DNA of 64,000 nt, from assembly GCA_963828125.1 (NCBI GenBank), contig CAWHDP010000002.1, positions 1,847,165-1,911,164 of the forward strand, read 5' to 3'. Below the pieces are notes generated by a model that made no database searches, was not told the origin of the DNA, and saw nothing but the letters and a program-made list of their open reading frames with translations. Each line of letters starts with the position of its first letter. Within the stretch, counting starts at the first letter, position 1. Below, one piece after another: positions 28,528-37,868 of the stretch. The stretch comes from an uncultured Chlamydiae bacterium (lineage in GTDB: Bacteria; Chlamydiota; Chlamydiia; Chlamydiales; SM23-39). Both the position numbers and the translations under genes were made by a program.

Positions 28528-29735
28528 GCTAGATTCTTAAACCGGTTGAGGGCTTCGGCAATCGCTGCCGGTTCTGCAAAGGCCGACAGCCGGATATATC
28601 CATCGCCGCCCGGGCCAAATCTGAGGCCAGGCATGCCGATCACATGGGCGTTCTCAAGGACAAAATCAAAAAATTCCCAAGAACTCACTTTTGGAGGCGT
28701 CCTACACCAGATATAGGGAGAATCGATGCCGCCGTAGACGGGGTAGCCGAGTTTTTTAAGCCCTTCAAGGAGAAATTTCGCCCGCTCGCCATAGCTGAGG
28801 ATGGTCTCTTGGATCGCCTCTCTCCCCTCCGGCGTGTAGAGCGCTTCGGCAGCCCGTTGAATCGGATAGGAGACCCCATTGTATTCAGTTTCAGTTCTCC
28901 GCTTCCAAAGCGCATGGACAGAGTGCGTAGATCCGGCGTCTCTCACTTGAAGCGCGCGGGGGACGACTGTGTAGGAGCAGCGGAGCCCGGTGAAACCGGC
29001 AGTCTTCGAAAAACTCCGGACTTCAATCGCGACTTCCTCGGCTCCTGCAATTTCATAAATCGAACGGGGAGCGCCCGAAGTGATGAACGCTTGATAGGAG
29101 CCGTCAAATAGGATCACCGCCTCATGCCGCTTCGCAAAGTCTACCCAACGGGTCAGCAGCTCCTTGCTCAGGGCTACGCCTGTTGGATTCCCGGGGGAGG
29201 CGAGATAAATCAGGTCGACATGCCCATCCGGCGGGTTGGGTTGGAATCCGTTCTCCTCTGTACAGGGGAGATAGGTAATCCCGCCGTAACGCCCCGTTTT
29301 AAGGATAGGACGGGTCCTCCCCGCCATCACGTTCGTATCCACATAGACCGGGAAAGCGGGATCGGGAATCGCGATCCGGTTGTCTATAGAAAAAATCTTT
29401 TGCAGATTGGCGAAATCCGTATTGGCGCCATCTGAAATAAAAATTTCATCAGGTGAAATATTTTTGTAGTCATGCTCGGCGATCGCCTCCTTTAAAAAAA
29501 GATATCCCGCACTCGGACCGTAGCCGCGCAGCGTCTTCGCTCCCCCCATTTCCTTCGCAGCGAGATTCAATGCCTGAGTCACATTCGGGAAAAGGGGGTG
29601 GGTCACATCGCCCATTGCCAAATTGAGAATGGACGCGGTTGGATGTTTCTTTTTTAATGCCTCGACTCGCTTCTCCATTTCAAGAAGCGGGGAGGCTGTG
29701 GTGAGTTTGTGGTAGTGCAGATTCAATTTTGTCAT
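28524..29735 (-). CDS. dapL: LL-diaminopimelate aminotransferase family protein (divergent DapL)
   Basis: GDVTHPL, GYGP, EIFISDGA, NPTG, SFSKTAGFTGLR (PLP Lys), NGVSYPIQ, GYIRLSAF; start MTKLN at 29735. Confidence 0.8.
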   Translation of the reverse strand: MTKLNLHYHKLTTASPLLEMEKRVEALKKKHPTASILNLAMGDVTHPLFPNVTQALNLAAKEMGGAKTLRGYGPSAGYLFLKEAIAEHDYKNISPDEIFISDGANTDFANLQKIFSIDNRIAIPDPAFPVYVDTNVMAGRTRPILKTGRYGGITYLPCTEENGFQPNPPDGHVDLIYLASPGNPTGVALSKELLTRWVDFAKRHEAVILFDGSYQAFITSGAPRSIYEIAGAEEVAIEVRSFSKTAGFTGLRCSYTVVPRALQVRDAGSTHSVHALWKRRTETEYNGVSYPIQRAAEALYTPEGREAIQETILSYGERAKFLLEGLKKLGYPVYGGIDSPYIWCRTPPKVSSWEFFDFVLENAHVIGMPGLRFGPGGDGYIRLSAFAEPAAIAEALNRFKNLA

Positions 29736-29792
29736 GGAAAACAGAATAATCTCCTTGTTCATAACACTCAAGTGAAACAAAATGTAGATCAT

Positions 29793-30500
29793 ATGAACTT
29801 GCTTGAACGACTCCAATCCGACCTAGAGGCGATTGAGGAAAAATTGGGTTATGTCTTTGAAAATAAAGATCTTTTGATCCAGTCATTCACCCATCGCTCT
29901 TTTATTAATGAATACAGAGTGCGCACGCTGCAGCACAATGAGAGACTCGAATTTTTGGGCGACTCGGTGTTGGGGCTTGTGGTGGCGGGCTACCTGTATC
30001 ACCGGTTGCCCGACCATCCGGAGGGGCAGCTTTCCCAGCTCCGTTCGCGGCTCGTCGACGCTGCCGCTTGCGCGCAATATCTGCGCAAACTACATTTGGG
30101 TGAGTATATCCTTCTCGGCAAAGGGGAGGCGATGACGGAAGGGAGGACGAAGCCGTCGATCCTTGCCGATGCGTTCGAAGCGGTTTTGGGGGCTGTTTAT
30201 CTTGATGGAGGGCTTGGGGTAGTGAAGTCATTTTTGCTCTTCCATTTTGAGGCTGAATTTGAGGCTGCGATCGGAAGTCCTCCCCGCAATTACAAGGCGG
30301 AATTGCAGGATCTATCGCAGAAACAATTTCAAAAGCCGCCTGTCTATAAGGTCATTGATGAGGCGGGTCCCGATCACGCCAAGGTGTTTCACGTGATGGT
30401 TTTTGTCGACGAAAAAGAGGTGGGCATCGGTACAGGCGCCTCAAAAAAAGAGGCTGAGCAAAGGGCCGCTTTTGATGCGATTTCAAAGGGGAACAGATGA
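29793..30500 (+). CDS. rnc: Ribonuclease III
   Basis: THRS, NERLEFLGDSVL, ADAFEAVLGAVYLDGG, dsRBD GPDH...SKKEAEQ. Confidence 0.97.
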   Translation: MNLLERLQSDLEAIEEKLGYVFENKDLLIQSFTHRSFINEYRVRTLQHNERLEFLGDSVLGLVVAGYLYHRLPDHPEGQLSQLRSRLVDAAACAQYLRKLHLGEYILLGKGEAMTEGRTKPSILADAFEAVLGAVYLDGGLGVVKSFLLFHFEAEFEAAIGSPPRNYKAELQDLSQKQFQKPPVYKVIDEAGPDHAKVFHVMVFVDEKEVGIGTGASKKEAEQRAAFDAISKGNR

Positions 30501-31858
30501 AGGTGATTTGGGCTTGCCGTGAATGCGGCCATTCGCAACTGAAATGGAGCGGGAGCTGTCCCACTTGCAAAAATTGGAACACTTTAGTCGAAGAGCAAAC
30601 CGTCAAAGAAGAGAAGCGGTTCGAATCGAAAAAAATGGAGAAGACCAAGGCGGTTCGGATTCGGGACGTTAATGCGAGCGAATATAAACGGATCGCGACG
30701 AAAATGGGAGAACTGGACCGGCTGCTTGGCGGGGGATTGGTCGAAGGGTCGCTGATTTTGGTCGGGGGAGAGCCGGGTGTTGGCAAATCGACCCTAATGC
30801 TCCAGATCGCCAATACGTTAGCGATGCAAGGGTTGACCGTTCTCTATATTTGCGGCGAGGAGTCGGCGGAGCAGACCTCTCTGAGGGCTCGGAGGCTCAA
30901 CATCCATGCGGAGAATCTTTATCTCCTCAGTGAAACCAATTTTAGCGCCATCAAGGTGCAAATTGATGAGATCAAGCCAGACATTGCGATCGTCGATTCG
31001 GTTCAGATCGTTTATAAACCCGAACTCCCCTCGTCGCCCGGATCCGTCGTCCAAGTGCGCGAAATCGCGACCGAATTCATGCATCTGGCCAAAGGGCACG
31101 GCATCACCACTTTTTTGATTGGCCACGTGACCAAATCAGGCGAGCTGGCCGGACCTCGCGTCCTTGAGCACCTCGTCGACACGGTTCTCGATTTTGAGGG
31201 GGATCGGCAGCACGGATTTCGGCTGTTGCGGGCTATTAAAAACCGGTTTGGCGCGACGGATGAGATCGCCATTTTCCAGATGAAGGAGACGGGTCTGATG
31301 GAGGTGCCCAACCCCTCGCAGGCCTTCCTCGAAGAGCGGATGAAGGAGATCCCTGGCTCGGCGATCGTTCCCGGTCTCGAAGGGGCCCGCTCGTTCCTTC
31401 TGGAGATCCAGGCCCTCGTCACGCCTACTGCTTTCCCGAATCCCTCTCGGAGATCGGCCGGAATCGATCCGAACCGGCTCGGCCTCCTCCTTGCCGTCCT
31501 CGATAAACGGGTCGGTTACAATCTCCACCACTGCGACGTATTTGTGGCCCTCGCAGGCGGGCTCAAAATCGTCGAACCCGCTATCGACCTCGGGATCCTC
31601 CTCGCCGTCTCCTCTTCATTCACGAATCGGCCTATTCCTCCCGATTGCATCGTGATGGGCGAAGTCGGCCTCGGCGGTGAGGTGCGCGGCGTCAGCCGGA
31701 TCGAAACGAGGCTGAAAGAGGCGGTTCACATGGGGTTTAAGAAGTGCATCCTTCCCAAGAAAAATCTCAAAGGACTCTCTTCGCATATCTCTGAAAAAAT
31801 CAACCTCGTCGGCGTCGAATTGGTCGACCAGGCCATCCAAAGTATTTTATGCGGATAG
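30497..31858 (+). CDS. radA: DNA repair protein RadA/Sms
   Basis: C4 zinc finger, GGEPGVGKST, GPRVLEHLVD, KNRFG, GEVGLGGEVR. Confidence 0.97.
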   Translation: MKVIWACRECGHSQLKWSGSCPTCKNWNTLVEEQTVKEEKRFESKKMEKTKAVRIRDVNASEYKRIATKMGELDRLLGGGLVEGSLILVGGEPGVGKSTLMLQIANTLAMQGLTVLYICGEESAEQTSLRARRLNIHAENLYLLSETNFSAIKVQIDEIKPDIAIVDSVQIVYKPELPSSPGSVVQVREIATEFMHLAKGHGITTFLIGHVTKSGELAGPRVLEHLVDTVLDFEGDRQHGFRLLRAIKNRFGATDEIAIFQMKETGLMEVPNPSQAFLEERMKEIPGSAIVPGLEGARSFLLEIQALVTPTAFPNPSRRSAGIDPNRLGLLLAVLDKRVGYNLHHCDVFVALAGGLKIVEPAIDLGILLAVSSSFTNRPIPPDCIVMGEVGLGGEVRGVSRIETRLKEAVHMGFKKCILPKKNLKGLSSHISEKINLVGVELVDQAIQSILCG

Positions 31859-32421
31859 GCGCTCGATCATCCCCCTTGTCGCAGGCGCAGCTCGCAGAGG
31901 TTCAGCAGGAGTTAGGTCTAGAGTTTGAGCCCGTGTGGGTCGAAACAAGCGGTGATCTCGATCAGGCAAGCTCTCTCCGCAGTCTGGAAAAAACCGATTT
32001 TTTCACGCGGGAACTCGACCAAATGCTCTTGGAAGGGATCATTGATGCGGCAATCCACTCGGCGAAAGATCTCCCCGACCCGTTGCCGAAAGGGCTCAAG
32101 ATCGCTCTTCTCACCCGAGGACTCGATCCGCGCGACAGCTTGGTGATCAAAAGGGAGCCAGTCGAGGTCGTCGCTACCTCGAGCGAGCGGCGAGAAGAGG
32201 CTGTGCGGCAATTGTTTCCCGATTGCCGGTTTGTCGATCTTCGCGGGACGATTCATGAGCGGCTGAAAAAAGAGGTCGATGGAGTGGTTGTCGCTGAAGC
32301 TGCCCTCATTCGATTGGGGTTGACCGGTTTAAAACGGATTTTTCTTCCCGGCCCGACAGCCCCGCTCCAAGGAAAACTCGCCATTGTGTGCAGAGAAGAT
32401 GATTTTATATTTGGGGCTTAG
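31849..32421 (+). CDS. hemC: Hydroxymethylbilane synthase, short form (190 aa)
   Basis: IGARSSPLSQAQ, TSGD, FTRELD, AIHSAKDLP, DPRD, TSSERR, DLRGTI, QGKLAIVCR. Confidence 0.88.
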   Translation: MRIGARSSPLSQAQLAEVQQELGLEFEPVWVETSGDLDQASSLRSLEKTDFFTRELDQMLLEGIIDAAIHSAKDLPDPLPKGLKIALLTRGLDPRDSLVIKREPVEVVATSSERREEAVRQLFPDCRFVDLRGTIHERLKKEVDGVVVAEAALIRLGLTGLKRIFLPGPTAPLQGKLAIVCREDDFIFGA

Positions 32422-32971
32422 GCCAAAATCGGGGACTTTTCATTACCCTGTCATCCGGACAGAATTTTGTGGTGATTTAGGGGAGGCGCTTGCCCTTTGG
32501 CCAAAATTCACACACATCATTTTTACCAGCCAAACGGCTGTCGAATATTGGCCAGGCCCTTGGGACAAAGAGGCGATTGCCATTGGAGAGGCGACGGCGG
32601 CTGCCTTGCGGCGCCATGGGGTGGAGCCCAAGATGGCGCCGTTTGCCACGCAAGAGGGGGTCATTGAACTGATTAGAGAAATGAAGGGATATTTTTTGAT
32701 TCCTCGATCCCGTTTGGCAAGAGCTGCTCTCACCGACTTTATGCAAGAGCGGCAGATCCCGTTCCATGCTGTAGATCTGTACGATACCCATTTCCAGAGG
32801 CTCGAACCCATTCCCGATCTCGCCGAGTTTGACGAGATCGTCTTCACAAGCCCCTCCACAGTGAGGGGTTTTCTTCAGATTTATGGGACGCTCCCGAAAG
32901 GGAAAAAACTGACCCCGATCGGTCCAGTGACTGCGAGTTTTTTATTGAACTTTAATGGATGTTTAGTGTAA
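32399..32971 (+). CDS. hemD: Uroporphyrinogen-III synthase
   Basis: IIFTSQTAV, AIGEATA, DLYDT, IVFTSPSTV, IGPVTA; overlaps the hemC 3' end. Confidence 0.88.
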   Translation: MILYLGLRPKSGTFHYPVIRTEFCGDLGEALALWPKFTHIIFTSQTAVEYWPGPWDKEAIAIGEATAAALRRHGVEPKMAPFATQEGVIELIREMKGYFLIPRSRLARAALTDFMQERQIPFHAVDLYDTHFQRLEPIPDLAEFDEIVFTSPSTVRGFLQIYGTLPKGKKLTPIGPVTASFLLNFNGCLV

Positions 32972-33002
32972 AAGTATTTGAGCAAAAATTAAAGAGAGTT
33001 GC

Positions 33003-33953
33003 ATGTCGGTAAATCTGTATTCTAAAAGTCATTGCTGTAACTGCTTGCCCTATTCAGAGGAGCTTCAAGAGGATTTATTAAAAGCTCCTCCCCCGAGCGA
33101 TCGGCTTCCAGAAAATTTTTTGGGGGATGCGATCCTACCGTTTTTACGACATGAGGAAATCGCCTGCTGCCAGTCGGTATGTAAGGAGTGGAAGGAAGAT
33201 CTCGATCAGGCGCCTATTTGGAGGACGCAATGTCAAAAGGTTGGCATTCCTTTGGCGGAAAGCTCGAAAAAAGCGTTCGTCAATTGGGTGATGCGCCAAT
33301 ATTTGGGAACTCTTGATGATGTGCCGCCGGTGCCAGAGGTGTTATTGAAGGATATGAAGAGTCCCAGTCCATTTTGGGACGGTAAAACGGTGGAAGAGAC
33401 CGAAAGGCTCGTCCTCGTCCCTAATCGTGGATCTATACCTGGTCTTGTAAGACAGCCAACGACGGTCTGCGGCTTTACGATGATTCCCGGCCGTTCTGCT
33501 GCTCGCCAGATAGAACGTTTGACTTTGAACACTTTGGAGAGGGTGATGCAATCCAAAGGGGCGGCTGGATATAGATTTGTATGTCGGCATGTGAAAGCTG
33601 GTTTGGGAGATCAACCCATCAATCCAGAAGACAAAGCCTATTGGGCTCGTGTCACGAAGAATATAATCCCCAATAGTGTGGGTCTGTCTGGGGATGATCA
33701 CGAACAGCGTGTTGTAGGCGCGGGATATGCGATGCCGAGAGGCGGAGAGATGATTGCCGTCTATTTTATGGATCAAACTTTTTTGCCCGATGGCGAAGAT
33801 GATGCAGGAACATTGAGCCGTTGCGAAGAGAGGGTCGGGGATTTGTCTTTGGCTGTTGGGTGTTCTAATGAGAGCGGTCTAACGATCGGCGCTCATGACT
33901 TGAGACCTCATGATCTCGTCGGTGTGGTGGCAGTCAAACGGGTGATCCCTTAG
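33003..33953 (+). CDS. F-box domain protein (candidate host-targeted effector)
   Basis: LPENFLGDAILPFL...CCQSVCKEWK...W F-box pattern followed by a chlamydial C-terminal domain (PFWDGKTVEET.LVLVP...LTLNTL). Confidence 0.78.
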   Translation: MSVNLYSKSHCCNCLPYSEELQEDLLKAPPPSDRLPENFLGDAILPFLRHEEIACCQSVCKEWKEDLDQAPIWRTQCQKVGIPLAESSKKAFVNWVMRQYLGTLDDVPPVPEVLLKDMKSPSPFWDGKTVEETERLVLVPNRGSIPGLVRQPTTVCGFTMIPGRSAARQIERLTLNTLERVMQSKGAAGYRFVCRHVKAGLGDQPINPEDKAYWARVTKNIIPNSVGLSGDDHEQRVVGAGYAMPRGGEMIAVYFMDQTFLPDGEDDAGTLSRCEERVGDLSLAVGCSNESGLTIGAHDLRPHDLVGVVAVKRVIP

Positions 33954-34009
33954 CCCGCGGATGCGTGAGAAATGCGGGTGATACTGCGGCCACCCCAAAA
34001 GTGTGAATT
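33951..34009. repeat. Adjacent repeat remnants (families D and B)
   Basis: GTGAGAAATGCGGG (33965-33978) is the reverse complement of 48554-48567. ATACTGCGGCCACCCCAAAAGTGTGAATT (33981-34009) matches 63345-63373 at 28/29. Confidence 0.85.
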
Positions 34010-34083
34010 TGTCTTGAATTTTAGTGTGTGTTGATTATACTAGACGTCGGTCTATAAGTAAATGTCTTATCGGAGGCGATTTT

Positions 34084-34497
34084 ATGCAACCAACAAATAT
34101 ACAGAGAGCACAAGAAGCAGCAGTGCAGATAGTAGCGCAAGTGATAGAAAAGCCGATAGACCCCCTATCGGCCATCAAGTCAGTAATCAGGACCATCCGC
34201 GTATTTGGGGATGTGGTTTCCATGTGGTGCCAGGGTCCCCGAGGTCAAATGGCTAAACTCGCAGTCAATCAATGTATTGGGCATGGCATCGGAATAGGGG
34301 GGGGAGTGAGCCTTTCGTTGGCAGCTAGCTCTATGAAGGGAGAGGGGATGCAGGTTATTTTCGGATTGTTCGCCGCTCCGTTTATCCTTGTCGAGACGCT
34401 GAACATCATTGTCCTTATCGATCTTTTCAGGGAAAAATGCTGTGGTAAAACGTCTTGGTTCGCACGCCCCCAGACTCCTCCGCCTGTAATGGGATAA
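34084..34497 (+). CDS. Hypothetical membrane protein, Inc-like bilobed hydrophobic domain
   Basis: GGAGG SD, MQPTNIQ start, hydrophobic hairpin of about 50 aa, Pro-rich tail. Confidence 0.6.
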   Translation: MQPTNIQRAQEAAVQIVAQVIEKPIDPLSAIKSVIRTIRVFGDVVSMWCQGPRGQMAKLAVNQCIGHGIGIGGGVSLSLAASSMKGEGMQVIFGLFAAPFILVETLNIIVLIDLFREKCCGKTSWFARPQTPPPVMG

Positions 34498-34553
34498 ATC
34501 TTTATCAGAAAGTGGGGGAAACGATATAGTTGAATCAAAAGGAGATCCCCGGT

Positions 34554-35177
34554 ATGGTCGACCAAAAAACAAGTTATCAGCTTCCCGAACTGCCCTACGC
34601 TTTCAATGCATTAGAGCCTGTGATTTCCTCGGAAATTATGGAACTCCATTATCTGAAACACCATAAGGGTTATGTGACGAATCTCAATGCTGCGTTGGAA
34701 AAATATCACGAGGCGGAGAGCAAAAACGATGTGGCTCAAATGATCGCTTTGCAGTCTGCCATTAAGTTCAATGGCGGCGGCCATATCAACCATAGCATTT
34801 TTTGGACGATTCTGGCCCCCGTCTCTAAAGGCGGCGGAGGGGTTCCAACGGGGGATCTGTCTCAGATGATCCAGCGTGATTTTGGATCTTTCGATCTGTT
34901 CAAAGAAAAATTGAGCGCCGCAACGGTCGGCATTCAAGGCTCTGGCTGGGGGTGGCTCGGCTACAACAAGAGCCAAAAACGGCTCGAAATCGCCACCTGT
35001 TCGAATCAAGATCCGCTCAGCACTCACGGATTAGTTCCCATTTTGGGAGTCGATGTGTGGGAACATGCCTATTATCTTCAGTATAAGAATGTTAGAGTAG
35101 ATTATGTCAAAGCGATATGGCAAATTTTTCATTGGAAGCACATCGAGGATAGGTTCACCAAGGCATTAGGCGCTTGA
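34554..35177 (+). CDS. sodA: Mn/Fe superoxide dismutase (Mn-type signature)
   Basis: LPELPY...[41 protein letters not shown]. Confidence 0.96.
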   Translation: MVDQKTSYQLPELPYAFNALEPVISSEIMELHYLKHHKGYVTNLNAALEKYHEAESKNDVAQMIALQSAIKFNGGGHINHSIFWTILAPVSKGGGGVPTGDLSQMIQRDFGSFDLFKEKLSAATVGIQGSGWGWLGYNKSQKRLEIATCSNQDPLSTHGLVPILGVDVWEHAYYLQYKNVRVDYVKAIWQIFHWKHIEDRFTKALGA

Positions 35178-35216
35178 TTGATTGCCCCGTTTCACCTATG
35201 ATGTCCACGATAATGT

Positions 35217-36146
35217 ATGGGACTATTTTCTCGCGGTAAACCAAAAATTAAAATCCAGACGACCAAGAAGGATGGATTTAGCGGGTGGATCAAGTGTTCC
35301 GGCTGCAGCGAATTGATTCATGCGAACGAATTATCGCAGAATCTCAACGGCTGTCCGAAATGCGGCTACCATTACCGCCTCTCTTTGAAGCAGCGGATCG
35401 AGCTGCTTGCAGACGAGGGGACGTATCAAGAATTATTCACCCATATTCACCCCCTGGACTCGCTCCAGTTCGTCGATACGGAGAGCTATGCAAAGCGGAT
35501 CGAAGAGGCTGTTAAAAAGACAGGCCGGAATGAGGCTGTGAGCGTCGGCACATGTCTGATCGATGGACGGACGGCGGCGCTGGGGGTTCTCGATTTTGCC
35601 TATATGGGGGGATCGATGGGTTCTGTCGTTGGAGAGAGGCTGACCTTGCTCATTGAGTGGGCGCTAGAAAAAAGACTTCCCCTCGTGATCGTGTCGGCGT
35701 CAGGCGGCGCCCGGATGCAGGAATCCATTTTATCGCTCATGCAGATGGCGAAGACGGCGGCAGCCCTGGCAAAGCTTCATGAAAAAGGGATCCCATATCT
35801 CTCTGTACTCACTAACCCGACGACGGGCGGGGTCACTGCTTCGTTTGCGACTCTCGGCGATGTGATCCTCGCCGAGCCCGACGCTCTCATCGCTTTTGCA
35901 GGCCCTCGCGTCGTTGAACAGACCATTGGCCAAAAGCTCCCTCCACGTGCCCAAAAATCGGAATTTCTCCTTGAGAGGGGGATGCTGGACTGCATTGTAA
36001 AGCGCTCTGAGCTCAAGGCCCGCATCTCCTTTTTCATCGGATTTTTGACCGGCAATGAACGGACATTCGAAAAAGATGAGCTTGCTAAAAAAATGCCCAG
36101 GGCGTTAAAAGAGCTTCTGAAGATCGCAGAAGGGGCTCATGCATAA
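35217..36146 (+). CDS. accD: Acetyl-CoA carboxylase carboxyltransferase beta subunit
   Basis: C4 zinc finger, [36 protein letters not shown]. Confidence 0.97.
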   Translation: MGLFSRGKPKIKIQTTKKDGFSGWIKCSGCSELIHANELSQNLNGCPKCGYHYRLSLKQRIELLADEGTYQELFTHIHPLDSLQFVDTESYAKRIEEAVKKTGRNEAVSVGTCLIDGRTAALGVLDFAYMGGSMGSVVGERLTLLIEWALEKRLPLVIVSASGGARMQESILSLMQMAKTAAALAKLHEKGIPYLSVLTNPTTGGVTASFATLGDVILAEPDALIAFAGPRVVEQTIGQKLPPRAQKSEFLLERGMLDCIVKRSELKARISFFIGFLTGNERTFEKDELAKKMPRALKELLKIAEGAHA

Positions 36147-36585
36147 CAAAATTTCTGTCGCTATCCATGTGCTGGATGAAGAATTGATTCCGGCCTATGC
36201 GACTCCGCTAGCTTCAGGTTGCGACGCCCGTGCGGCGATTGCCGAATCGATAGCCATTCCCCCCGGGGCAAGCGCCCTGGTGCCGACCGGCGTCAGGGTA
36301 GCCCTCCCTGCAGGGTTTGAAATCCAAGTGCGGCCGAGGAGCGGTTTTGCATTGAAAAATCAGCTGACAGTGCTCAATACGCCCGGAACGATAGATAGCG
36401 ACTATCGGGGGGAAATTGCCATCATTCTGATCAACCATGGGAAAGAGCCTTTTGTCGTAACCCCTAAAATGCGGATTGCCCAATTGGTCGTTTCTCCTGT
36501 GGTTCAGGCTGAGTTTGTCCGTAAAGAATCCTTATCGGAAACACAAAGGGGAGAAGGTAAGTTTGGCCATACTGGCGCGAATTAA
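36139..36585 (+). CDS. dut: dUTP diphosphatase
   Basis: [32 protein letters not shown]. Confidence 0.96.
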   Translation: MHNKISVAIHVLDEELIPAYATPLASGCDARAAIAESIAIPPGASALVPTGVRVALPAGFEIQVRPRSGFALKNQLTVLNTPGTIDSDYRGEIAIILINHGKEPFVVTPKMRIAQLVVSPVVQAEFVRKESLSETQRGEGKFGHTGAN

Positions 36586-36619
36586 TCCCTTCCCAAGGAC
36601 CTTTAAAAAAAAGGAATTC

Positions 36620-37060
36620 ATGAAGTATTTGAATTCTCGGCTCATTGCTTTTCTCGACGTCGATACCCGCGATGAGGCTATTCACGCGCTGGTCGATCTC
36701 CTGGAAGAAGAGGGGTATCTCCCAAATAAAGAGGCTTTCCGCAAAGCGATCTTTCATAGAGAGCAGCTCGTCTCGACCGGAATCGGCATGGGTGTTGCGA
36801 TACCACACGCCAAACTGAAGGAATTATCCGATTTTTTTATTGTTGTCGGGATTCAGCAGAAAAAAGGGGTCGATTGGAATGCGCTCGATAAAGCCCCTGT
36901 CCGCCTCATTTTCATGATCGGCGGCCCTGAAGATAAACAGACTGAATACCTCCAAATCCTCTCCCTTCTCACCTCTGCAATTCGAGATGTGGATCTTCGG
37001 AAAAAATTGCTCAATGCGCAATCTTCTGAAGAAGCTCTTGCACTTTTCTCTCAATTCTAA
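36620..37060 (+). CDS. ptsN: PTS IIA (Ntr/fructose-like) protein
   Basis: REQLVSTGIGMGVAIPH, DWNALDKAPV; AAGGA SD before ATG 36620. Confidence 0.9.
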   Translation: MKYLNSRLIAFLDVDTRDEAIHALVDLLEEEGYLPNKEAFRKAIFHREQLVSTGIGMGVAIPHAKLKELSDFFIVVGIQQKKGVDWNALDKAPVRLIFMIGGPEDKQTEYLQILSLLTSAIRDVDLRKKLLNAQSSEEALALFSQF

Positions 37061-37088
37061 TATTTTTTGATCATATCGGGGGATAATC

Positions 37089-37799
37089 ATGGATTTAAGG
37101 CTCAAAGATGTGACCGAATTACTCAATGTTTCAGAGGCGACGGTCAAGCGTTGGATTTCTGACGGAAAAATTCCCTATTACCGACTCCATAACCAATACC
37201 GGTTCAGCCGGAGCGAAATCGAAAATTGGGTCCTCAGCTGTAAGCAGGGGGGCGATTTCTCCCCTTTTGACGATGAGGAATCTCCCAAAGAAAAATTGGG
37301 GACGCAGCAGTTCGGCCTTTTCCGCGCCGTTCACAAAGGGGGGGTCTATTCCAACATCCCAGGCGATACGAAAGAAGAGGTGATCCGGAACGCAATGGAA
37401 CAGATCGCCTCCGATCTTCATCTCGACGCCGAAGTGATCACCGAGCTGCTGCTCGATCGGGAAAACCTGATGCCAACGGCGCTATCCAACGGAATCGGGG
37501 TCCCCCATACGCGCGATTTTCTACTCCAGGAATCGTATGATGTGATCGCCGTCGTTTTCCCCGCAAAACCTATTGAATATGGCGCCCTTGACGGCCAGCC
37601 GGTTCATACTCTCTTTTTCCTCTTCGCTTGCGATGACAAGCGGCATCTCCACCTCCTTGCTAAGCTCGCCCACCTCAGCAGCAAACCAGAGAATCTCGCC
37701 TTTCTAAACGGCCATCCGCCTAAGGCTCAACTTCTCGAATATGTGAAGAATTGGGAGGCGAATATCAAGACTGGCGCTGGGGAAATCGCTGCCGTGTAA
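37089..37799 (+). CDS. ptsN: HTH (excisionase-like) plus PTS IIA fusion protein
   Basis: DVTELLNVSEATVKRW...IP...YRF HTH, then RENLMPTALSNGIGVPH; the chlamydial tandem ptsN pair. Confidence 0.88.
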   Translation: MDLRLKDVTELLNVSEATVKRWISDGKIPYYRLHNQYRFSRSEIENWVLSCKQGGDFSPFDDEESPKEKLGTQQFGLFRAVHKGGVYSNIPGDTKEEVIRNAMEQIASDLHLDAEVITELLLDRENLMPTALSNGIGVPHTRDFLLQESYDVIAVVFPAKPIEYGALDGQPVHTLFFLFACDDKRHLHLLAKLAHLSSKPENLAFLNGHPPKAQLLEYVKNWEANIKTGAGEIAAV

Positions 37800-37868
37800 A
37801 AAATTTTTGTTGTTATTTTTTAGCCTCTTTATTAAGATTTGATCCAATTTTTTTGAGAGAGGTAGGTC

